Assembly: GCF_009914755.1 (NCBI RefSeq)
Contig: NC_060936.1
Length of the DNA: 64,000 nt
Source of the DNA: the human T2T-CHM13v2.0 reference genome, Homo sapiens
Direction: 5' to 3' (one strand)
Under the pieces are notes generated by a model. It saw only the letters and a list, made by a program, of their open reading frames with translations, made no database searches and was not told where the DNA came from. Positions 27,062 to 39,915 of this stretch are shown piece after piece. Within the stretch, counting starts at the first letter, position 1, and every line of letters starts with the position of its first letter. A program made the translations under genes and the position numbers.

Positions 27062-27483
27062 GGTGGGCGTGGTCCACCTTACCCTAAGCCACAACCAAGT
27101 ATTGAGCTCTGAGGTTGTTCTTCACCCTATTACTGTCCAGGTTACAGAAACAGTCACCAAAAGGCGATTGTGGTAGCGGCTGCAAATGGGGGGAAAAGGA
27201 GGTGTGCAACTCAGATTTTAGTTAGGGTCGTGATGAAAGATGTTGATGGAGGAACAATAAGAGAGGGGTTTAAAAATGGGTTAATACATGGATGATATAT
27301 AAATAAATGTATCATAAATCATGAGATGAGAGAAGTAAATAAAAGCTTCCAAATAAGAGAGAAAAAAATACAAGAGAGAGAATTTTTTTTTAAATAAGGA
27401 AGAAGAATAAAGCAAAAAGGAAGACAAATCAGAGAAACAGATAACACAAAGGGGTAAACACAGTGGAGTATATATTTTCCATG

Positions 27484-27607
27484 GGCCATGATGTGCCCAT
27501 CTCCTCAGTGTGGGTACACAGCAGCGGCCCTCTAGTAACACCCCACACTGGCAGCCCTGTGCATTTAGGCCACCCAACCACATCTAACAGGAGGTACCAT
27601 GCACTCA
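27484..27607. repeat. distal copy of a 124-bp local duplication
   Basis: Ungapped match to 28684-28807 with 13 mismatches. Confidence 0.95.
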
Positions 27608-27946
27608 AAAAAAATATATATATATATAAAAAATATATATAATAAATATATAAAAAATATATATAATATATAAAATATATATAAAATATATAATATATAT
27701 TATATAAAAAATATATATTATATATAATATATAAAATATATAATATATATTATATAAAAAATATATATTATATATAATATAAAATATATAATATATATTA
27801 TATATTATATATAAAATATATAATATATATTATATATTATATATAAAATATATATTATATATAATATATAAAATATATAATATATATTATATATAATATA
27901 TATTATATATAATAAATATATAAAATATATATAATAAATATATATA
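27607..27946. repeat. 340-bp pure A/T (TA-rich) tandem array
   Basis: No G or C between 27607 and 27946; recurring ataaaatatataatatatattatat units. Confidence 0.97.
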
Positions 27947-28683
27947 GTATCTTTTCTCAAGATACTATTTATCTTCTCCACATGCTTTTGAATGTTCTTG
28001 ATAAGTAGAGATGTAGAAGGAAAAATGAGAATCTGAGCCCCTGAAGAGAATATCTCCTCCTTTTCATTCTTCTCAGACCATTTGCTTAAGTGTGTAGGGT
28101 TTTAGGTTGGGCAAATCTAACCCATGTGCAAAGTACTATTTGGTCTGAAGACACACCTATCTGCAGCTCATGGCTTCATCCTGGGGGGGTGGGGGTGGGA
28201 GTGGAAAAATATCACATTTTCTAAATCTTAAGGAAATAGAGTAGAAAATTTGTTGTAAGCGCAAGTCTCCAAAATTATTTTGGCCATAAGCTTTATGGGA
28301 CACTCCATGAAAGTGTCTCCCATCCCTAGTCCTGGTTACATAGTTTCAGGAGACAGATCTCCCATGGAAAATGTGATGCTTCAGGCAGACTGGAGGGTCA
28401 GATGTATTTAGAATGGGTTTTGTACATCCTCATCCAGCAGTGATGGAAAACAGCAGACACTTTCCCTTCTCTCTCAATTGCATAGGCCCGCAGGAGGCCT
28501 GCAATTAGTAAGGGGGCAGCCCATTCATCAGCACCACACAGGGGCAATCATCCAAATCATCCAGTTAAACAGCAGTTACTTCTCTTCAAGACACAATGCT
28601 TCTTCCTGCTCAGCCCCAGAAACACGAGTGTGCACCGGAACCAAGGGAGAGCCCACAGCCAAACACCACTGGGAAGAAAAGGA

Positions 28684-28807
28684 GGCCATCATGCGCCCAT
28701 CTCCTCGGTGTGGGTACACGGCGGCGGTCCTCTAATAACACCCCACATGGGCAGCCCTGTGCAGATAGGCCACCCAACCACATCCAACAAGAGGTACCAT
28801 GCACTCA
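28684..28807. repeat. exon-proximal copy of the 124-bp local duplication
   Basis: Offset exactly 1200 bp from the distal copy; retains 5 CpGs. Confidence 0.95.
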
Positions 28808-29066
28808 GAAAGCCGCTAACATACCAAGCCCCTTATTTTCAGCCTAGGGTGTACTAGTGATAACTTTTCACGAATCAGGAGGCCAACATGAAGTCATATT
28901 ATTTCAGTAGGGAAACTGACTTCTACTCCCATGTTCCAATACAAGAAAACATAAGAAAGAACGGTCAATTCCAAAAATTTAGAAGACAAGCAGGTACATG
29001 AGAACTTTGAGTATGGCTGAGAACAGGATTGAGGGAAAGACGGGAGATTTCAAATGAGTCTCTTAC

Positions 29067-29296
29067 CTTTTTGTCGCTCAGGCCAGAAACCTGGTCCACA
29101 TATTCCTCTTGGATCATGAAGGCAGCTAAGTTGGCAGTGTAGCTGGCCAGGAAGATGACAGCAAAGAAGGCCCACACTGACACCATGATCTTGGAGGTGG
29201 TCCCCTTTGGGTTCTGCACAGGTACGGAGTTGTTAAACACCAGACCCCAGAGCAACCAAATAGCTTTGCCGATGGTGAAAGAGGGTCCACCAGGCT
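29067..29296 (-). CDS. GRIN2B: GluN2B coding exon (230 nt): (E)[76 protein letters not shown]; M2 pore loop and M3 gate
   Basis: ORF 28965..29303. SYTANLAAF gating motif at 29118-29144 and NN site. Acceptor tgccag|AG, donor AAAAAG|gtaaga. Confidence 0.98.
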
Positions 29297-29955
29297 CTGG
29301 CATGACAAAAAGACAAGGACGAAAGTTAAGCCATTGTGGCTGGTTCTGTTGAAACCTACAAATACACAGGGTGAGTCCCTGCTCAGAGCAGGAAACCCTT
29401 CCGCTAAAACCAAGCCCTTTTATAGACGGCTTTTAAATTTGAGAGTGTGTATCTCTCTTTTCCAGGGACTCTCAGGAGGGCTGCAGAGGGTTCCTTAGGA
29501 GAAAAACCAGAAGCCCGGAGTGTGTGTAGGATGGTCTTTCTTGAACTAACAGTCATGACTCCCCTCTGGAGGAGCCATCAACCTGCCCCCATATACAAGA
29601 CCCTCTCAAGATTACATCAAAACTGAGTAAAACAGGCCAACTATGTCACTATGGTCACACTTGGGTCATGTCTGTCATTTTTTCCTAAATTTTATATTTG
29701 TATCTACCAAGAATGCATTTTAACTTCCAAAAACATCAGCAAGAACTGGGTAAGATTGTTTTCTGCCATTCATAAACCCTCTCCAAGTCTGTTTATACTG
29801 ATGCTAGATGGCTTAGAATGCACTTTTTCCTGATTTTTCTTTAGCTTCTAGCACTTAGCACTCAATGTTTCAAAGACAACCCTGATCCTACTCCGATGCC
29901 AACACTTCCCAACTGGTTTCCTGTCATAGAAGCTTGCGTGTAAAAGAATATCAGA

Positions 29956-30307
<352 letters not shown>

Positions 30308-31089
30308 CTAAGGGGAGAAAGGAAGCTGCTTTTGACTTTGATTTCCCCCCACCTAACCTTTGCATAGACAGTGCTTGGGCTTCTGCCCATGTATGTATTG
30401 TGACCTCACTGCAATCTCTATTTGCTGATGGTAAAATCTTGCCTGTTGTCTGAATCTCCATGTAGCCCCTCCACTGCAGAAATGAACATCTGCCTGCACA
30501 GTTTTACAACATATTTGCACAGGTCTTATGATGTAATCTGTGATCCTGATAGCATCTGCTCAGCCAAATAAATCATCAGGGACAACTCATGTTGAACCTG
30601 ATATCTAACTGTGCACACACATCTGTGCGTGTGGACCTTATTTCATGCAACAGATGTGTAACTAAAACGTTGTTTATAAATCAAAGCTTTATAAATTGTA
30701 AAATGCTCTAAGGAGACTTGATATTTAAAGTGGCCCCATGTTGAATTCCTCTGTGAAGACAAACATCCTTTGGTAAAGTGAGTAATTGTAAGCCCTCGCT
30801 CTGAGCTTTCTTTGCAAATCTGGATTTTCGGCTCCTGTTATTTTTTCAAGGGAGAGAGGCAATGCACACTGACTTTAGCTCTTGACATTGCCAACCTAAG
30901 TATATACTCATGTGATTCCCAGATGTTCCACTTCTCACTGGTGCCACACAGGCTGGGATATAGGTCATGGCTTCTGGATGAAGCCCAGGTGGAAGGCCCC
31001 TGATTGTACCATGCCATGGAGACACCCCAACTCCCACCTCAGAATACACAAACCAAATTAAAAGGTAGGTCTGCACTTGGAAATACTTC

Positions 31090-31385
31090 AGTAAAGTGTT
31101 GTTTCACAGCTTAGACTGTGAATCCAACAGAAGCATGAGGAAGATTTTATAAAATACTGCTGCCTGAAACCCTATACTCAGAGATTCTTATTAAATTGGT
31201 GTAGGGTGGGGCTGGTTATTTTAACATGCAACCAACGTAGAGAAACACTATTTTGAAACATACAGTGGTCTAAGCCCCAACCTAGACTTAGTGAATCAGA
31301 AAATGAGGTCCAAGCACCTGTGTCTTTTAGATGCCCCATAGATCATTCTTATGTGTAGCCAGGTTTAAGAATCTTTCCTCTTGGA
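31090..31385. mobile_element. MER5-type hAT fragments
   Basis: tactcagagattcttattaaattggtgtagggtggggc; tagccaggtttaagaatc. Confidence 0.55.
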
Positions 31386-32003
31386 GGTTTAATTCTAGGA
31401 TAGAGCTCACATTCTGGAATGGAGAAGACTCAGAGAAGGCAGAATATTTCTTAATCCTGGGGTTCTCAGGAAGTTTTAGAGGAGTTATTTACAAGGATCC
31501 CATGGTCCCCTTTAGAAATCATGTGAACTTTTAAAAACTGTCATAAATGCCTCAAACACATGGGCAGCCCTCACATCTCTAGGTCTACCTACCCAGGAAA
31601 TTGGACCATACCCAATAATAGCTATGAGTGAGAATTGGTCTTTCCCATTCATTTTATTTCCAACACCCAACTTTTATACTCTCGGGCAAGGGGGTTGAAC
31701 CAGGGGCATATGCTTTGGAGATCTGGTACCTCAGTTGTGATCCTTTGGCACTGGGGAACTCAACCAGCCACAACCACCTGCATATATCCTGGGGCAATCC
31801 ATTTCTTCTTGTTCTTAACATGTGTGTACAATCTGCCTTGTTAGCGACATCTGTTCCAACAGACTGCCCACAGCCTAAGGTTATCAAAATAGTTTCCTGT
31901 GACATGTTTATGCTATACCCATATCTACCAATAGTTTTTCCTCTCCTTTACTTGGGAGTGAAACTAGGCTTGGGGCCAGGCATAAAGCAGACCTATAGAT
32001 TCA

Positions 32004-32384
<381 letters not shown>

Positions 32385-34064
32385 TCATTTCATATTTTAG
32401 GGGGTGGGGAACAAACCACAATGTGTTGTCTGCCTTCAGGAAGCCAGGGCCTAGGTTAGATTGTACTGAACCATTTCCTTAAAGGTCAAGGATTGCCTTC
32501 CTTCAAATACATGAGAAGGACAGCTTCATGCCCGTGAGCCTCTTAGGTTGTAGAGGCAGCTTCTGCCATTATTGGACCAATATCTGGGTATTTCAGTAAA
32601 TGGTGCAATTGGAAGAAGCACTAGCTATGAAGTGAGTGAGTTGTATTGGACTGACTCAATTTATGTTCTCATCTATATGGCCACACCATGTAATGGAGGC
32701 CTGGAAATGCCTTCTCCAATGCTTCTGAACCTTGCAGATACAGTCTTTCTCAACAGACCTACCTACTTTTTTAGAGTTGAATTTGTTCAGGAATAATTAT
32801 GTACAATAAATAACCAGCCCCCTTTTCCCCTTGTATCATTTCTCTTAAACTTCCTAGCCTAGATTCACTTTTTCAACCTACTTTGATGTATTGTATGTTA
32901 TCAGACATCATTAGGGTATGAGAATATAAGTCAATGTTAAAGTATCCTTCCACGTTAAATATTATTATCTGCAACAGTGGGAATTTAACAAGTGACAAGG
33001 GAACATGTCTAAGCTGTAATTCACAAACCAACTACAATCTATCCCCCATTATGAAGTGATAGGGTTGATGGGACAAGACTGGGCAAGGTAGCAAGAATGT
33101 TCCACATATGCTTTCTTTAATATCTTTAATCATGTGTGCTGAATCCTTTCCAATTGAGCTAAATATCTCTCTGGCTTGGAGGTGTCCAGAAACTAGATAC
33201 TATATTCCAGAAGCCATCTCTGTAAAGGCCTATAAAAAGGGACAATCACTATTCTGTCCCATGATACAATGCTCCCTCAATTGTGTCTCAAAATAGTTCT
33301 GGCCTTTTTAGCTGTCACAGCACATTGTAAACTCATAACTAAGTGAATTAACATGCTGTTTTCTCCATCTTCCAAATCATTAATAAAGATGAAGTTTAAA
33401 AAGGGGAAAAATTGGCTGAAAATTAGAAAATATATTTCTTACTCTGAAACCTACTTTGTTATTGAACTCCCAAAGGAATTGTAAAAGCCTGGTCACTTAA
33501 TCAATTTTTAAAAGATCTTGATAAAGCCCCAGTGCTTAACACACCAACTGTGAAATGCAAAACCTTTCAATGGCAGCTAGAGATGCGAGCGTAAGAGGTA
33601 CAATTCAAAGGCTCTCTCCAGAGGTGTGGAGAAAACCTCTGCACACTTGACTCTAATTGATTGCAATTCTACCCTGATTTCCCTTTTGTCTAAGATTGGG
33701 GAATAACTGAGTAAAAGCACCACCTCTATGGTCTTTTCCTCCCATTAGGCCCAGGGAAACTTTCTATACACAAAATACATCGTCTGTTTTGGTCTTTACA
33801 ATTTAGAAACTACTTTTACCACATACTATATATATAATCCTTCTAATGGCCCTTTCATTAGGGATTACCTTATCTATTTTATGGAGGAGTAAACTAGGAC
33901 TGAGAGGTCAAGGTTCTTTCCAATTCATACTCAGAAAGTGTCAGGGTCAGCTTACAAACTGAGCCAAAAAGTCTGTGTTTTTTCATTGTATTACATTGCT
34001 CTTTGTCCCCCCATGCTGGTTCCTGGGTTAGGGGCTGAACTCTGAAACGGCCTTATTTGTACTA

Positions 34065-34275
34065 GAACACAGGTTCTGAAGGCTACCATAGCTGGATTTT
34101 AATCCTCGAGCTGCCAGTTATCAGCTAAGAGACGGCTGGAAAATGGCTTAATAGGTCTAAGATTCAGTTTCCTAAGCTATAAAATGGGTATAATAACATT
34201 TTATGAGTTAATATAACCAAAGGATGTACAATGATGCCTGGCACATTATATAGTAGGTGCTCAATAAATGTTGGC
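34065..34275 (+). mobile_element. MIR
   Basis: tcagtttcctaagctataaaatggg...gcctggcacattatatagtaggtgctcaataaatgttggct. Confidence 0.7.
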
Positions 34276-35573
34276 TTCTCTTATCCCTATAACTAACTGC
34301 TCCTCCTCTGAATACAGACGTAAACACACCCTGCCTGACATTTCTATGCTATTCCAGGGATATATTAATGTACCACTGGCTCTGCCAGTTCAGAAGTTAA
34401 GGTAGTGCTATACTGAAAAGGTTAGAATTAGAATGTGGTTTTGTTTATATCTCTTAATGTTCCAACTATCCTTGCACAGCAAAAAAAAAAAAAAAAAAAA
34501 AAAGCAAATAAAATATGTATAGAAGCTATGAGAATTACTGGATACAGTGTGTACTATCTAATCACATTTCACATAAAATTGGCAAGGCTGGAATTTGCTT
34601 CACTCTGAGTAAGAAGATTAGCTAAGAAATTTGAGTAATTTATAGAAAAATTCTATGGAGCCTATAACTCCACTTTGCAATGCATTAATTGAATTAATTC
34701 CCTATGGTTAGAGCTTAAAGAAATGTTAGTCACTGTCTACTGTAATAGCCCCATTTAAAAAATGTTGATGTGCCTTAGAGAGACGGTGACTCGTCCAGGG
34801 GCTTACAGCTTGTTTATGCCAAACCCAGTCTCCTTTCTGCTAGCCCAGTGTTCTGTTTTCAAGGTGACGTTTTATTTTCCAACCCCTCATTCCATGGCCC
34901 CTGCAAAAAATATGGGGTATGAGCTCACAAAAGACCTCATCTAATTGAAATCTTGGCCTCATCTCACCCAGTCTTATATCACGTCTGAGATTTTTGACAT
35001 TTAAGTGATGCTGGAGAGAATGGTATGGGGAGGGGTGCAGTGGGGTGGGAGGAAGAATCAGATCAGTTCTATCTGGCAAAGCCTCAGAAAATTTGCGTGG
35101 AAACAAAAAATCTTTTTTGGTAGCTCTGAGCGCAATTCTTGCAGATAATTAAAAATAAATAGATATTTCAATGATATCCAGAATTAGAAATTATTATGGC
35201 AAGAAGCAGTCTCAGAGATCAGCCTGGTTGAAATGACTTCTCCTATGGATGAGGAAACCAAGTCCCCAGATACAGCAAATTTGCTCAAGGTCACATGCTG
35301 ACTAAATGGCAGGAATGGGACTACAGTAAGCCCTCTGAGGACCAGCCCAGTACTACTTTCTTAGATGGCATTATGCTTTCCTATTTTTCTGGGTGTTCAT
35401 CAGCTTTCATGTTTGAGAGTAATTGATTTTGAAGTCCCCTAAGTGAAGTCCCTGGCTGAGTTGAGCTCCTAGCAAACCACCTTCTAGCTGGAACAGCCTG
35501 GCCATGTGCTCCTTTTTTCCTTATTTCACTTCCCCATCCATACGTCCATTTCCTTCCACCAGCAAACCCATCA

Positions 35574-35732
<159 letters not shown>

Positions 35733-35903
35733 CTAAAAGAAAGGCGCGATGCTCCAATTAAAACATTCAGGAGGGCAAGGGACCACCACAAGGAAAATAC
35801 AGCCTATCAGTGGTTTTCTTTGTATAGTGGGAACAATACATCTTATTTGCCATTTTATATTTTCTGAAATGCATAAAGTGAGCATGTTTTAAACTTATAT
35901 TTA

Positions 35904-36137
<234 letters not shown>

Positions 36138-36339
36138 TTAAAGAAACAAAAACAAACAAACAAAAAAGTCTTTGTACAAAAAGCCAACATTTATTACCCT
36201 TTGCCATTAAAAAACCTCCAATCCCAAAGCAGGCCCCCTTCACAGCTCAGCACAATTTATACTAGACTCGAGTGAAGAAATAAAGCAGGCAACAGACCTG
36301 CAATATTCTCATTATCTCGTCATATTGAGATATGTTTCC

Positions 36340-36570
36340 TCTTAATTTTAATTCTCCTTTGAAGTACAAAATACATAAGAAAAGGGTGCATATTTGAAGG
36401 CTTCAGTTCAATGACTTTTCAGACTGAACTCTTATTAATCAGCACCCGGATCCAGATACAGAAAAGTTACCAGTACCAGAGAGGCCTCTTGTTTCCCACT
36501 CTAGGCACTTCACACCAAGGAGAACCATTATCCTGACTTTTAAAAGCATAGATTAGTTTTATATTTTTCA
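36340..36570 (-). mobile_element. old L1M 3' fragment
   Basis: gaagtacaaaatacataagaaaagggtgcata...ccattatcctgacttttaaaagcatagattagtttt. Confidence 0.55.
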
Positions 36571-36837
36571 AAAAATGGTTCTAAATCTCAAGATTCTGGG
36601 ACATGCTGGCCCAAGAAAACATATTTGAACACCAGAAGTAAACTTAAATCTCCATAAACTTGAGGTCCTAATCATTAAGGCCAAGCAAGACCGAAGAAAC
36701 TTTAGCGTGGGAAGTTGGCCATCATTTTCCCAGGTCACCAGCTGGACAGAACGAGACATCAGACCAGAGGGCTGCCAGTAATCCCACAGCTCAAAAGCAA
36801 CTAGAAATCAGACACAGTGCCCAATTCTCATGCCTCA

Positions 36838-37269
<432 letters not shown>

Positions 37270-39239
37270 TTAAATCATGTGCCCCAAATGAGACTACTGT
37301 GTCCAAATGTAAGAAAGGCAATACATTCATTTATCACTCACTTACCAAACATTAAATGAGGACCTACTATGTGCTGGCACCCTGTTAAGACCCATGGCTC
37401 AAAGAAGCATCATTCTATCCTTCATGAAGCTCACAGTGAGTGGAGTCAGATATGTAAACAAATATCTTGCAGCACTGTGTAGTAAGTGAGGATGCTGGAG
37501 TTCCCGCATTATGTGTGGCTGCCAGTTTTTTCTATTTAACTGTAACAAGGAGCATGATGGTGAGAGCAGCAGATAGCTTTGGAAATGTCAACAGAACAAT
37601 GGGAGCAAATGAGCCAAAATGATGTGTTTTGGCTGTAGAAGAGATCCAGTGGGGAGAGCTAGGTGGATCTAAATTGGAATAAAATTACAAATTGGGATTA
37701 AAGAATACTAACACTGTTTGCGAAGGGAGCACAGTTAGGCTGGGGATGAACATGGGTCAATGCAGATGTGCACCTCCTGGGCTGGGTGGAAGCCCTGGGA
37801 TGAATCAGATATGTCTCTCTGTGAGCCACCACCTATGGCCACACAGGCTGAGTGCCCCAACACCATGGAGCACCATCCACATGGGCTCCAATGTGAAAGG
37901 CCAGTGTCCCTGAATCATGAACATGGCGGCCTGCTGGCAACCATCCTGAGAAATGTATGGGTTCCATTATTTTTCAGAAGAGCCACTCATTCCTATTTAT
38001 AAGGGAATCAACATGGCTTTGTTGGGGGGTTCTCATTCTCTCTGTCTCATTGAGTTTAATGGAGAAAGAGGGAACACTTGCTTATTTTCTATAACTGAGC
38101 ATCTTCAATTATCGTAAGGAATTATGGATTGCAAGCACCTGCATTTTCTCAATCTATGATTTCCTCCATGCAGCAATGCAAATTAGTAGAACAGGTGAGG
38201 CACCAGGAACTACAGCACCACTTAATTTATTAACTACAGAAATCAATAAGAAGCAACAAGTTGGTAGGACTTCATAAATTTTCAAGCAAATCGGCTTGGA
38301 TTTCCATATTAATGCAAAACCCAGACTCCCTCCTTCTTGGTTTCTTTGTCCAGTAGCCTGCATAGCCACTGCCCTTGTGTTACTGCATCATTATAATGCA
38401 GGCAGTGGCTTGGTGGCATAGGCTATCTTATTTGGTACCTACACAGTCCTTGTTTGGCTGATGCTGGTTGGTTTTCTTTCAAGGGTATAAATGATGTTTT
38501 GCTTCTTTGTTCAGAATCATGCACTGAACCAAACGTTTGCTTTCCTTCATGTGTATAGGCTTCTCTGAACTGTTGATCCTGATTTTAGAACAAGTCCGTT
38601 TTTTCTCATATTGCTAAGACTACTTATTTCTAAAACAGAAATTTCCAAATGGCTCTCCAGCCAGTGGAGATACTAATGTCCTCTGCCAGTTTGGCCAGGT
38701 AGGAATTGGGAGAGGAGAGACTCAGTCCTGGGGGTCCAGGACATTGGTCACCCCCTCCCCAAATAGGCCTATTTACCCTAGTGGCCAAACTGGTTTATAT
38801 TCTGCACCTTCAATAATGTGTAAAAAGTTGAGAAGCCCTAAAGTACTTATTTATTTATTTATTTCCTATCATCTTCCCTCAACAGTCCCTTTTGATTTTT
38901 TTTCTCTTAAATCCAAATTTATTCTTTTCCATCTTTATTGCTACTAGCCTGGCCTATTATAGCCCAGCGGCCCATTCTGACATTATTGCAGGAAATTTCA
39001 AACCTCACTAAGGGTCCCCCCAGAGTCCATTGTGGACACTGCTGCCAGATGGCTTTCTTAAAACACAATTTTGTCATATAATCCTGATTCAAAAATTTCA
39101 ACAATCTCTCACTGTCCTCAGAATTGTGCCCAAATTTCTCACCTAGATAGTCAAGGTCTGTACATTGAGTCTAGCCTACCTTGATACAGTTAACTTCACT
39201 ATTTTACATCATGAATCCTTAGTTCAACTTGGAAAAGGA

Positions 39240-39915
39240 AGTTGTTGGTATTAAGAGCTAACATGGATTAATCAGGAACACTTTGCAACGAACTAGCTGC
39301 ATTTTCTTTTCTAATAGACTTACTATATCTGTGGGAAAAAATGCTACAGACATAACATTTTGGCAGAGTTTCTCAGATACTATTGTGAACAATAAGGATA
39401 TTGCACACTTTGATAGATTTGAAAGGAGTTTAAAATCTGTACCCAAAAAGGAAAAAAAAAAGAGATTGTTTAATGAATGACTGCCAACATAGAAAAAAGT
39501 CACTAGTGTCATATCAGGGGACTCTGTTCTTAGAAGCGGCCTGGGTAGTCTTTTAGAAAACAAAATACAAGTCATGCTTACAAAATTGCAGACAACAGAA
39601 AACTAGATAGGAGGAAAGATAAACTGCATTGCAGAATCAAGTTTGGAGGAGATATGAATTAGTTGGAATGATGAACTGAACCAAACTGAATGAAATGTAA
39701 CAGTATTTGTACTCAAAATCTAGCATTTTGATGTTTTAAAAAGCAATTGCACAGTATCAAAAATGAGATATTTCAATCAGCAGTCTACAAAAGCTATTGC
39801 AATAACAATGGTATATTTATAGACATACATCATCTAGCATATGGGGTGAAGGGAAGGTACGAATGATCCTACCTTGCTCTGTGTTCATCATACCACAGCT
39901 GGAAAACTGGGTTCT
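39240..39915 (+). mobile_element. CR1/L3 RT-region relic
   Basis: agctaacatggattaatcaggaac...gctgcattttcttttctaatagacttact...aatgctacagacata resembles the L3 QHGF/LISF/VDIVY region. Confidence 0.55.

Noticed and set aside
27521-27540. CTCF-like GCCCTCTAGT core
   Set aside because: Lacks the key flanking GG and is further degraded in the other copy.
27484-27607. snoRNA or ribozyme interpretation of the duplicated element
   Set aside because: C/D-like motifs are in the wrong order on the transcribed strand and not shared between copies; no H/ACA, hammerhead or HDV core recognised.
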